41,722 nucleotides of DNA. Source: Macrostomum lignano (taxonomy: Eukaryota). This document shows, piece by piece, positions 23,243 to 35,500 of this stretch. Position 1 is the first letter of the stretch. Every line of letters begins with the position of its first letter. Below the pieces are notes generated by a model, which saw only the letters and a list, made by a program, of their open reading frames with translations, was not told the DNA's origin and did no database searches. The position numbers and the translations under genes were made by a program. The stretch spans positions 1-41,722 of the forward strand of contig NIVC01004571.1 of NCBI GenBank assembly GCA_002269645.1, read 5' to 3'.

Positions 23243-24346
23243 TCAGATACAAAAACAATCCGACAATTTTTTTATCCCAAGCAACGTCCTTATCGATCGA
23301 CGACAAAGTGGTCGAGAGGTAAAAACGTTCCGGTAAGTATTAGGTAAGGAAGAAGCAAAATTTTGTAGAGAGTGAAGTGAAAAATAGGAGCGGGCTCCGT
23401 TTGAATTGTATTAGACAGTTTACAACGTAAATGTAAAACAAAGTTTTATTGCACCACAACAGTTTATATAATAATACTCTTGATAAGTATATTTATCGAA
23501 AAATTCAAAACAGAATATTTAGCTAGTCTTGTTTAAAGTTTATAAAATTTGAGAATACTTTTTTTAAAAACCTTTTCAAACTGCCGTGATGAGGAGGCAC
23601 ATCCGCCCGGCCTGTCCACCAGCAGAGCCCATGATGTGCGCGAAAAGGTATGTTAATGCGAAAGTGATTTATCAATGCATTTCACGATTCGTGGAGTATG
23701 AGACTGCATGAATACATGCCAAAGGTCGCGACTTTTTATATACTATGATGGGTAAAAACAGAAAGTTCTCGCTTTTTTATATAAAACCTTGAAATGAAGT
23801 ACAGCTTATTTGAAGATATATTTGGTACCGTGGCGTAGAATTCGGGTTGCTCTACATCAGTCAATGGCCTTTTTATAACTGCACACGAGGCTTTCAGAAA
23901 TTCGTAGTCTTTTATCCTCATAAACGTTAAACTGCGAGAACTTTTTGTTTTACCCAACTACATGTACGTACTTTTTAGTACATGTATGCAACTATGTAGC
24001 TGTAGTTGCAAGTAGCGCTAGCTAGATAAATGTACATAGACATAGACATTTATATATTTATATATGTATACATATGCATGTCTATACTCGTACATGGTAT
24101 ATAGACCACAAGTAGAGGACCAGCTTTATACATGTACATGTAATTCGTCCATGCATGATTTGGTACGTGTACTTGTATTAATTTACTATTCACAGTCAAT
24201 GCTACAGTACAGTTACATGTTGATGTGTAATGCATCATATGTTTGGATCCGGGTACCAATATCACTCAAGGACAACTCAGGACGGTTACACTCGCGAGTG
24301 GTAGAAATTCTAGAAAAGGCCGCTTGCTTTAGCTGTGTCTATATGT

Positions 24347-25930
24347 GACCGGCCTAGCGGGAGCAGCATCAGGTATGGCAAGACGACCCCGCGATTCGGC
24401 AAGCGAGGGAAGAGCTGGAGAGACGTCTGTTTGAGCAGGCGACCAACCCGCGAGGCAGAGGAGGCCTTGGCGGCTGTCTATCTGTCGCGCAAACAGGCTG
24501 TTGATGATGCCATTCTGGCCGCCGCTGGGCCTGATGCCCCCAGAGGCCGTGTGGCCTGCAGATCGGCTATCAAATCTCTGACGGGGCGAAAGCGGCGCAT
24601 TCTACTCAACCTGACAGGCGACTCTGCGGACGAGCGCAGGAACGAGCTGCATGAGTTCTTCGCCGCCATTTGTCAACGCGCCGCCACTCCGCTGCCAGAC
24701 AGTCTGACACGTCGGAGATGCCGTTGCCGGCAGAGGAGAGCTTCAGCCCAGCACCAGTCAGCACAGCCGACGTTGTGAGGCTCGCCCAACAGTCAACGGG
24801 CGGGAAAGCGCTGGGTCCGGACGAGGTGCCCATCGAGGCGCTGCGCATCCACTGTGTGGCCAGTGAGGTCGCCAGAGTGATGAATCGCGTGCTCTTCGGT
24901 GAGGAGGCACCCAACGAGTGGACCACGGCGCACATCGTCGCAGTTCCTAAGAAGCCGGGCACCACGAGGCTTGAGGATCGCATCGAGGTATCTGCCTGCA
25001 GTCCTGCGCCGTGAATTTGTTCAACCGGATGCTGTTATCGCGGTTGCAGATCGTGCTGGATCCGTACCTGCGTCCTGAGCAGAACGACTTCCGGTCCCAT
25101 CGCGGCACAGTGATGCAGTTCCTGGCTCTTCGCCGAGTCATGCATCGAGGAAGCACGGATACGCCAGTCGATCCTGATTGTTATCTTCATAGATTTCAAG
25201 AAGGCACTCGTCTCGGTGGTCTGTGCTCCCATAGTTGCTTCTCGTGCGTAAAATGTGCCAGAGCAGCTGATTTCCGCCATCATGGCGATGTGCCGTGATA
25301 CGAAAGCTGCTGTTTCAACACCGGACGGCCTATCGGACTTCTTTCTTTGTGCTTCAGGGAGATACAGTACACTTGCACCGTTCCTGTTCGTTCTAGTGCT
25401 TGACTGGGTGCTCTTCCTACCAACGACGACGGCTTTCTGTTGCGGCGACTCGTGGGTCGACGTCAACTGGAGAGGCGGCTCAGCGTGCTTGGCTACGCCG
25501 ACGATCTCGCCCTGCTGTCCTCAACTGGACAAGCTAGTTGCTGTCGGCCTGGTGGTCAACACGCAGAAGACCGTCGTGCTCTGCGTGCCGGACGACATCG
25601 AGGCTGCGATTTTGTGCCGAGGTACTGATGGACAGGCGACAGAGCTTCCGCGTTGTCAGCAGTTCGTCTACCTCGGCGGTCTGGTTCCCGGCGTCTGCGG
25701 GCTCGCCTGTGCTGCCTTTCGTTCTGTGAGGGCAGGGACTACTCAAGCATGTTTGAGTAGTCCCTGTGTGAGGGCTGTCCTGCAGTCCGAGGCCTTCCTG
25801 ACGGCGTTGTTCCAGGAGTTGATCGAGACCGTCCTGCTGTACAACGCCGAGACCTGGACGCTAACGGAGTCGCTCGAGGAGGTGCTGTTGCTAACGCTGC
25901 AGGCACCCTACCGGCGGGGGCAGGCGATAT
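24347..25930 (+). mobile_element. Decayed RTE-like non-LTR retrotransposon fragment
   Basis: Frameshifted pieces: AIKSLTGRK, KALGPDEVPIEAL, EWTTAHIVAVPKK, LRPEQN.FR, IDFKKA, LAPFLFVLVLDWV, LGYADDLALL, LLYNAETWTL. Ends approximate. Confidence 0.85.
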
Positions 25931-26417
25931 AAAATATATGTACATATATAAGTGTCCAATCCTCACAAGATCCAATTTCCACCCGCCTAAAACTCCGCGA
26001 AATTTTTATTCAAAATCACTGTACGTAGTAACGCACTTTCATTTAATGCATCGAAATGATCCGCGCCAATTTTTATATCCCACCGATCGAGGTTTTGTCC
26101 ACAAAGTACATGTATGAGCGTACAGCATACAAATTTATTTTACAAAGACGTGGAAATTTGTCATGACGTACTCATTTTAAATGCATTTGTACTTCTGTAA
26201 TCACAGACATATATATGGAGCATGTTGATCATTATTATAGAGAACCTTTTTCTGATAGATTGTAGATACATACTCGCAGTAGTGTACGGCACTGAGATGT
26301 ACATGAACACTGATTATTAATTCTATTTTCTTCGATAAATTATAAAGTGCTTTAAACAATACTTAAATATTTTGGTACAAATTTTGACCCGACATTTATT
26401 AATATCAAATAGCGCAG

Positions 26418-26788
26418 GCACCAAGAGGCGCCAGCACCAAGGGGCGCCAGCACCAAGGGGCGCCAGCACCAAGGGACGCCAGCACCAAGGGGCGCCAGCA
26501 CCAAGGGGCGCCAGCACCAAGGGGCGCCAGCACCAAGGGGCGCCAGCACCAAGGGGCGCCAGCACCAAGGGGCGCCAGCACCAAGGGGCGCCAGCACCAA
26601 GGGGCGCCAGCACCAAGGGGCGCCAGCACCAAGGGGCGCCAGCACCAAGGGGCGCCAGCACCAAGGGGCGCCAGCACCAAGGGGCGCCAGCACCAAGGGG
26701 CGCCAGCACCAAGGGGCGCCAGCACCAAGGGGCGCCAGCACCAAGGGGCGCCAGCACCAAGAATTAAGCACCAAGAATTAAGCACCAA
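26418..26788. repeat. 16-bp GC-rich minisatellite plus two 14-bp variants
   Basis: GGGGCGCCAGCACCAA about 21 times (to 26760), then GAATTAAGCACCAA twice. Confidence 0.95.
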
Positions 26789-28169
26789 AGTCAAAATAGT
26801 CTAGCTGCTGGCTAACCGCCGGCACAGATTCAATATAAGACGAAGTTTCAGCTTTTGTAGCTTTGCTCGAAATTTGTTTGACTTGCAAACCGCATCCGCG
26901 ATGGACATCGCTATACCACATTGCGTTTGTTCTACGGCAGTAGGAAGGGTGCAGATGGAGAATTTCTGTTCCCTTCGACTCTTCATATCTGTATATGCGA
27001 GCAGCGCTGTTTCGCCATTTGTTTCGCTGACCATGCAAATCAACATCTTCGACTTCTTTCTAGCAACAAATGCTACGTTGTTAAATACAAAGAGTTTTTC
27101 GTTTAATGCACATTTTTTACTCTACATGTACATGAGAGATAAGACATAGGCCATAGACTATGGCATTTAATGCACGCTTTTACACATATCATGTTTCAAT
27201 TTATTTGTATAACATATACATGTACGTCATGTACATGTAAGAATGAAGATCAGTGAGCAGACTGCAGTCTATGGTCAAAATGTGAATGTCCCCGAAAGCT
27301 TTTTGGCTGCGGCTGCGGAGTTGGCATTCTATCTTCTGATCGGTATTACACCATTTTACCTCCTATTTTGAACAAAGTCTTGTTCAAATAACAGCCCCTG
27401 CGGAAATTCAATTCAAACAAAGTCCCTTTCTATTGAAACAGAAGAACTTCAATTCAGACTGTCTGTGGCTAAAATTGTCCCCGAGTGACGCGTATGCGCA
27501 AACTTGAAATTCAACAGAAACAAAGTCACATTCTATTTCGACAGAGATTTTTGCACATAGGTACAAGTACATTTTCAGTATGATGAGGACGCACTTTTTC
27601 CCAAATCCCGCGCTAGCACATGGGCTCGAAACTTATTAGCCTACTAACAGTGGGCGATGGGCATTTTTATCCTTTTTCTGCAAATTGTCATAGAATCTAT
27701 ACTAGATATAATTTCTGGCCATACTAGTAGTCATAATAACATAGGCGCAGCTTTTTGGGTCATAAATCATCGCTTTCGAAGCTGGTCTGACAGCCACCTG
27801 CGCCTCACTCAGTGTTGAGACGGGCGCCAGATGGTCTGAGAGGATGCGGGCGGTAGCTTTTTTCTCATCATTTTGACAGGCCATCAAGATTTATGAGGTC
27901 AGAGCCTATTGTTCGGATTCACTCAAGCGTGTGACAGCTTTGACAGCTATGCGTTTTACCCCTAAAAGTACTTTGGGATTAGCGATTAGCGATTTCTCTT
28001 CATTATCTTCACTTTTTATTTAATAAGAGCTTTCTAATGTATATTTTTTCATTAATTTCTGTCAATCCTACGCGAAAAGTCATAAATCATTTTGTTGCGA
28101 TTTTGAGTGATTTATGGCCGCACCTGTCATCTTTTTACGACCCTGTGGGAACTGATAGGATCTCTCGGT

Positions 28170-28300
28170 CACGTGATTCTGGGTAGCAACAAGCTTAGCC
28201 AATCAGAAAATTCGGCGCTCATTTTAACAAAACGGCTCAGCCAATCAGAATCGACGTGTTCCGTTATAACAAACTGCGGTCCAGTTGGCGGCTATTTAAA
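28170..28300 (+). promoter_or_regulatory. Pol II promoter-like cluster (E-box, two CCAAT boxes, TATA-like box) with no recognised downstream gene
   Basis: CACGTG 28170-28175; AGCCAATCAGAA at 28197 and 28239 (42 bp apart); TATTTAAA 28293-28300. Confidence 0.45.
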
Positions 28301-29665
28301 CCGGAGTTTTTGGCCCGCTCGGACTAACTCTTGCTCGGGTCCAGCACGCAACTTCTGGTTCCCGGAGCGCGACCGTCGTTTCTTGATCCCCGGATTGCGA
28401 CTTCCCCCCATCATCATCAAGGACGAATCCCCCGGTCGTCAGCAGCGAACATCAAGCGAAGATCATCACCTGCTAGCTATTAGCGAAGATTGTGTCAGCA
28501 TCATCCCGAGTCTACAGCTACAGAGCATCAAGCCGATTCGGTCACTGTGGATTACCTGGTCTCCGGCTGTTGAGTTTCTGATTGGTTGGGTGAGAGGCTA
28601 CCTAGACTTGCTTGATTGGGTGATTCCCTGTCTGTCCCCTGTTTCAGTAGCTGGATTAGGCGCACACTTTTGCTCATTTTGTTCAGTAGTGCTGGTACTG
28701 AGGAAGAAATCACTTAATAATACTGCTAGTAGTCTGAAACTCCAATTCAATCTGAGGTGTGAAGTGATTTAAGGAGAAGGCTAAATCTGACAGTTTTTTT
28801 TATCGGTTTTAGTTCTTTATTCGCCGATGGCTCAGATGAGTAGCTAAGCTAGTAGGCGCCGGTCACAGTGGACCAATGGCAAGGCAGTTCTCAGTCGATC
28901 AATCAATCAAATCAGTGAGCAAAACTGCCAGAAGTGCAGAATCGGCGCCAGAGATGTACTTTGTGCACTCTAGGTTAGCCAAGCGGCTCGGGTAATGAAT
29001 CATGCGAGATCTCTGAAGTTCGAGTTAGTCTATCATCAGCGCTATGAGAGGCTAGTTGGCGCGTTGAAGGCCAAAAGTACATATCTTCGTATTTAGCAAT
29101 GTAATAGTACATGTAGCTACCCCATAGACTCGCCACTGCAAGAATCCCCTGCACAAGTCCCCTCTGTACCTGCATGGCCAATGCGATCTAGTCCCAGCAG
29201 TGTCCCTTATCATCGGCTATGACTTCGAGATTGACAGCAAAAAGACACTAGTTGGCAGGTAAGGTGCAAAGCCCCTTCTAGTCGGAAGCCCGATTTCGAA
29301 AGTCCCGGTGTGGTGAGCCAGGACGCACGGGCTGGTGGCAGCGAGTTAGCTTAGTCTGCGGATTAGCTAATTTCTACCTTCAAAATTCTCCCTGCTTGTC
29401 TCTCGCTGTCCCTCTCTTAGCTATAGGACCTAGACTGCTCGCCACACGATCAAGCTACCATGGGGCTGACCATCTGACAGGAGTGGGGGGCCAGGACTCT
29501 AATTGATTTATTTCTGAGGCCTGAGGCCCGAAGGTTCCCTAACAAGGGACCCGAAGGTCGAAACCCATCAAGTACATTAATCTAACTTTTTTGTTTTTCC
29601 TGTACTGCATAACTGTACAATCGTTGCGCAATAAGAAACGATATGAATGCTGAAGATCAGATTGA

Positions 29666-30843
29666 CAGTGATAGGCACCGCTAAATATTTTTGTAGCGCC
29701 GCTATATAGCGTTTCCGCTATCAAATTTAAAAAAAAGTTAGCGCCGCTACGTAGCGGCCGCTATTTTAGTTTCAAAATTAGCGAATTTAGCGCCGCTAAA
29801 TATGAAATTCGCTAAAGTTCAAAATTTCCTAAAAACATGAAAAAAGAATCATTTTTACCGTTTCTTTTGTTTAGTTTAAGCAGTGTAAATATTAGAAAGA
29901 TTTTACTTTATATTTATTAAAATAAAACGCAAATTAGTCAAAAATTCGTCAAATTGAAAAAAGTAATTTGTTGTACTTATACTGCGCAAAGCCAAAGGAT
30001 AAGGTAAGGTAACCGGTACAGTTAACACTAACACTAAAAGACAGTAGTACCGTAGTAAGTTTAAGTAACTTTACTTAGTAAGTTGCCACTGCCAGTCGCC
30101 AAGTCGGTCACCGTCGCCGGTTGGCAGTCAGTGTTGGTAATTGACGTGACTATTTAAATTCTACTCGTACTATCGGAATTGATTGAATTGCTGATTTACG
30201 GAATTGTATTGTAATTACGGCACTCGCAATTGAATGAATTGAATAAATTAAATAATAAAATGAACATTTATAGATTTATTTAGGAGATAAAATAATTATT
30301 CAGACAAAAAACAAACAGCAAGAACAACAGCAGCAAAAACGAGACAAGTAACAAAAACAAAAACAAAAGTTAGACTCATCACTCATCAGTCATCAGTCAT
30401 CACTATATCGTCTATCAGGCATCAGGATCAGTCTATGATCTATCTATGAGTCCTATGACTATGAGTATGACTGATTATCAATTTATTTTATTTCTATCCC
30501 TATCAGTATCAGTATGACAGTATCAGTGAGTACAGTATACATGACTTGATTGTAAATTCTAAATACTGTCGTTACGTTACGTACGTTAAAAAAAAGATTT
30601 TTAAAATTAAAATCAGTTAAACAAAATTGTTTAGAAGACTGAAAACACTAAAAAACGATGTAAAAGAAAATTTGTTGCCTAAAATTTAGCGAATTTCAAT
30701 TTTTAGCGAATTTGAGCGAAACGTAGCGGCGCTTTTGTAGCGTACGCTAAGTCAAAATTCAATTTAGCGATATTAGCGAATTTCAAAAATCGTAGCGGCG
30801 CTATAGCGAATTTCAAATTTAGCGCCCGCTATGCCCATCACTG
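29666..30843. mobile_element. Non-autonomous hAT element, 1178 bp (second family)
   Basis: TIR CAGTGATAGGCA / TGCCCATCACTG (11/12); perfect 8-bp TSD CAGATTGA (29658-29665, 30844-30851); subterminal TAGCG/CGCTA motifs at both ends; no ORF. Confidence 0.92.
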
Positions 30844-31534
30844 CAGATTGAAGAAGACGATGAATTGCTGGAAGAAGATAATATCGATGAATTTGAAGCA
30901 GAATTCGATGAAGATATCATGGAACAGCAGCCTCGGCAGTGCGCTATTGTTTAAGGAACAATAGAGTGTGACTATATGACACTTAAAATCATTTGTCAAC
31001 GGGATTCAAACCGTTTTTTACGTACTGCTCCCAGCATCTTCCAGCGTGCACTGGAAAGCTTAATTAAATGACTCAAACAAAAATGCAAAACAAACGATAC
31101 GCTCTTGCGTGCTTAGCAATTGCAGAGAAAATAAGACTAAAAACTAGAGAATATTTAATTGAAGTTAAATTGGAGCTAGTAAGTGGGCGCAGGGCCCAAA
31201 CCGATATATTTATAAAACATTAATAACTTTGGGGGGTTGAGCCCAGAATAATGAGGAGAGGGGTGGGTGGAGTGTGCGAATGAAGAGAGAGGCGAGAATG
31301 GCATGCACTAGCTACATGATTAATCTGAAATTCGTTGGCTCATGTATGTTGCTACATCGATAATGTTTATAGAAACAATGAGACAATAATGATTTAAAAA
31401 GTGCAGGGGATTATTTTAGTTAAAATAGTTCCTTTAAACTATAAGATAAAATCAACTACATTCGTAGGGCAAAATTCCTCACATATAACTAATCGTACAG
31501 TCAAGCGTCATTGGACAATGTACATTTACAGTTA

Positions 31535-31794
31535 AGGCCGGTTCACATTGTATGCATGTCATACTTTTTCACCCGGACACAATTAGCCATTAGTTTTGAC
31601 CATTATGCCATAGTAGATTCAAATCAGTGTAACCCAGTAATGGTTGGGACCTTAGATCCTGAAAATTGTGGTCTCTAAGGATATCTATGGTTTAGACCAA
31701 AGATCATATAAGATCTATGGTTTAGACCCATTTAAAATATTGTGCATTTTTTGCCCACAGAGCTATACTCATGAGAGTAATGTGAACCGGGTCT
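31535..31794. mobile_element. PIF/Harbinger-type (Tourist-like) MITE, 260 bp
   Basis: TIR AGGCCGGTTCACATT / AATGTGAACCGGGTCT; TTA on both flanks (31532-31534, 31795-31797). Confidence 0.75.
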
Positions 31795-32499
31795 TTATCT
31801 AAATTATAAAGTTGTCAGTGATTACCTCTCTGGCATTGTCACACAGTCATCGAGAAATCTCTTCACTCTCTCCGCTTCCTCAGTATCCTTGAGTCTGCCT
31901 CTCCGCTCCCTCAGTATCCTTGAATCTGCCTCTCCGCTCCCTCAGTATCCTTGAGTCTGCCTCTACGCTTCCTCAGTATCCTTGAATCTGCCTCTCCGCT
32001 CCCTCAGTATCCTTGAATCTGCCTCTCCGCTCCCTCAGTATCCTTGAATCTGCCTCTCCGCTTCCTCAGTATCCTTGAGTCTGCCTCTCCGCTCCCTCAG
32101 TATCCTTGAGTCTGCCTCTCCGCTTCCTCAGTATCCTTGAGTCTGCCTCTCCGCTCCCTCAGTATCCTTGAATCTGCCTCTCCGCTCCCTCAGTATCCTT
32201 GAATCTGCCTCTCCGCTCCCTCAGTATCCTTGAGTCTGCCTCTTCGCTTCCTCAGTGTCCTTGAGTCTGCTTCTATGTGTTGGCTTTTCAAACGCAGTAG
32301 TGTAGCTGATCGAGTATATTTCTTAGTCAACGATCAAAAGGGGAAAGTTAAGAGAGGATGAAGCCAGAGGCTGATTTAATAGCTTTAGTTTTAGGCATAG
32401 ACAAACTTATACAGTATCGTTCTAGAAAGTTCTAAGACTTGGGGAATCTAACGAGTTACTATAATTAGCATAGATACAATTTACATTACTTTTTCAACA

Positions 32500-32510
32500 C
32501 TCCCACTTAA
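32500..32510 (-). promoter_or_regulatory. Copia polypurine tract
   Basis: TTAAGTGGGAG immediately precedes the TG of the 3' LTR on the minus strand. Confidence 0.8.
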
Positions 32511-32596
32511 TGAAAATTGTCTATCTATGCGGTTACAAAATTTGTCCAGTCTTCACAAAATTCTGATTAAGATGTCAGTAAATTCAAACTCCTCTG

Positions 32597-35500
32597 TTAC
32601 ATTTTAACAACTCCAAGCATTGTTCGCAGTTGCATGAACTTGTCCTTCGGTAACGGCTTAGTAAGCGCATCTGCAACCATATCGCCAGTTGGACAGTAGA
32701 CCACCCGAATAGTCCCATTGCTGACGGCTTCACGAATGAAGTGATGTCTGATATCAATGTGCTTTGTCCGTCGACTTCCAGCAGAATTCTCAGAAAGAGC
32801 AATGGTTCCTTGGTTGTCCTCGTAGATCACAGTGGGTCGCTCAGATCCTGATCTTTCAAGATCACTTAGTAGCCGCCGTAGCCACATGGCTTCTTGTGCT
32901 GCAGAGCTCAGCGCAACGTACTCAGCTTCCGTTGTCGAGAGTGAGACAGTTGATTGCTTCTTGCTAAGCCAGCTGATAGCGCCACCAGATAGCTTAAACA
33001 CGATGCCAGAGGTGGAATGTCGATCATCTACGTCACTCGCCCAGTCTGCATCAGAATAGCCGATCAAGTTCTCTACACTAGAGTTGTACTCTAGGCCAAA
33101 GTCGATTGTTCCCTTTAGGTATCGGAAGATGCGTTTTACTGCGGTTAGATGTATCTCTCTTGGTTTGTTGTTGAACTTGGAGACAACTCCCACTGCATAC
33201 GAGATGTCTGGACGTGTAGCAGTTGCTGCATAGAGCAAGCTTCCAACCATTGACTGGTAAACTGTAGAGTCAACTGGCTTGCTGCCCTCGTCGTATTTAG
33301 CTAGTTTTACGTTGGGATCCATCGGAGTTAAGGCTGGGTTCGCCTCTGCAAGTCCATAGCGTTCAAGCAGTTTGGTTATGTACTGCTTCTGATTAAGCTT
33401 GATACAGCGGTCCTCCTTGTTTGCTTGGATGTTGACACCTAGACAGTAGTGCAACTCGCCCATGTCTTTCATCTTGAACCTTTTGGAAAGTTCATCCTTG
33501 ATTTGTTGCATTTCCACCAGACTCTTCGTAATTAGTATTAGGTCGTCAACGTACACAGCTAGGGCCGTGAGATCCTCCCTTTTCCTAATGAAGACACAAC
33601 TGTCGGCTGAGCTTTCCTCGAAGTTAATTCTGGCTAGGTAGTCGCAAAAGGCTTTGTTCCAACAGCGGGGCGCTTGCTTAAGTCCATAAAGCGACTTCTT
33701 TAACTTGCAGACCAGCTCTTCCTCTCCTGGCTTGACGAAACCGGGTGGCTGCTCCATGTAAATTTCTTCGCACAATTCGCCGTTCAAAAAGGCAGTTACA
33801 ACGTCCATCTGGTGAACGTGTAATCCATGTTTAGCCGCTAATGCCAACATTGCACGAACTGATGGGAATTTTACAACTGGCGCGAAGGTCTCTTCAAAAT
33901 CAATGCCGAACTTCTGTGAATAGCCCTTGGCAACAAGTCTTCCCTTAAAACGATCTACCTTGCCATCACCGTCATACTTGACCTTAAAGATCCATTTGCA
34001 TCCGATTGCCTTGCGTCCTTCAGGTAGTCGTACGAGATCCCAGGTTTCATTCTCCATCAGGGAATTATACTCTGAGTCAGCGGCAGCTTTCCATTGCTTC
34101 GCGTAGTCACCTTTCAGGGCTTCGTCGATCGTTTTCGGTTCGACAATTTCGGTCATTCTGAACGCAAAGTGTTCGGTTTCAGATGCCACTTTTGCACCTT
34201 CATATTTGAGACGGTCAGGGGCTCTCCTTTCACGTTGAGGATATCGCTTCTGATCAGTTTCTGTCGACTGTTCCTGTTCTTGACCTGGTGTCTCTTCTGT
34301 CATATTGGGCTCATCAAGTTCCAAGTTGAACCAGCTCGCGTCCTTGTCTCTTGCTCTATTCTTTGAGGTTCCAAAATCAGTCTCGTTGAACACCACATCG
34401 TAGCGGATGACTGTCTTTCTCAACCTTTCATCAAACAGTCTGTAGCTTCTTCCATCCGTATTGTAGCCAACGAACCGTAGCTTTTCGGCCTTCTTGTCTA
34501 GCTTCTTTCGCTTCACATCTGGTATGTGGGCATAGGCTACGCAGCCGAAAACACGAAAGTGCCCAGCGTTAGGTTTGCGCCCATACCAACGCTGGTACGG
34601 CGTCATTTGCGGAGTAAGAGCAGTCGTCACGACTCTATTTCGCACATAAGCTGCGGTGTTTACTGCTTCTGCCCAGAACTGGTTGCTTACTCCAGCATGG
34701 GCCATCATTGTGCGGGCTGATTCAACGAGAGTGCGATTCATCCGTTCAGCAACGCCATTTTGCTGAGGTGTATGAGCCACGGTAGTCTCATGCCGAATGC
34801 CCTTCTGCTCCAGGAATTTTGTAAATTGGCTTGATGCATACTCTCCGCCGCCGTCAGTTCGCAGTGCTTTGATATTGAGTCCTGTTTCTGTTGTAACCAT
34901 GGCCTCAAACTTCTTAAACTTATCAAGCACTTCTGACCTTTGTCGCATGAAGAAAACCTTAACGCAGCGTGAGTAGTCATCAATAAAGGTGACGAAGTAC
35001 TTGTTTCCACCAAATGACTCTGTTTGCATAGGACCGCATATGTCGCTGTGAATTAGTTGTAGCCTTTCGGTAGAGCGGATTTCGGAAATCGACCTATGAG
35101 GCTTGCAGTGCATTTTGCCCTCGATACATCCTTCACAGAAGTCTACACATGCAGTCTGCAACTTGGGGATGCCACTCACGAGTTGGTCTTTGCTCATTTG
35201 ATTTAGCTGGTGTTCGTTGACATGACCAAGGCGCTGGTGCCATAAAGTTGCACTTGTGTCTGGTGAATCAGCATTTGCTACTGCCGCAGTGTTCGCCGGC
35301 AATTTTACTTCACAGTCAAGCTGGTACATTCTGTTAACAACAGATCCCTTTCCAACAAGGAGTCCATCCTTGTTGCGAATCCAGCATTTAGAGTGACCGA
35401 ACTGTATCACTTTATCCTTTGCTGCTGCTGCTCGAACACTAAACAGATTGCACGACAGCTGAGGCACTAGAAGTACATCTGTTACAGCTGTCTTGAAACG

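Noticed and set aside
23750-23955. 22-bp imperfect inverted repeat GGGTAAAAACAGAAAGTTCTCGC / GCGAGAACTTTTTGTTTTACCC as a MITE
   Set aside because: The inverted repeat is visible but has no TSD and no second copy in the window; insufficient support.
24340-25941. TATATGT on both sides of the RTE fragment as a TSD
   Set aside because: A 7-bp AT-rich word in a TA/TACATGTA-rich context, and the LINE 3' end appears truncated, so the match may be chance.
26323-26794. ORFs with WCWRPLVLAPLGAGAP / HQGAPAPRGASTKGRQ repeats
   Set aside because: Artefacts of the 16-bp tandem array being open in several frames.
28107-28772. 221-aa plus-strand ORF
   Set aside because: GTG start, no recognisable motif, and it overlaps promoter-like elements; probably non-coding.
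29510-29570. Hammerhead-ribozyme-like string (CTGAGG...CCGAAGG...CGAAAC)
   Set aside because: The core reads CTGAGGC instead of CUGANGA, and no convincing stem I/III with a cleavage triplet could be built.
31018-31071. LRTAPSIFQRALESL, similar to a Gypsy RT motif
   Set aside because: Only 17 codons with no flanking RT motifs or LTRs; cannot be distinguished from chance without a search.
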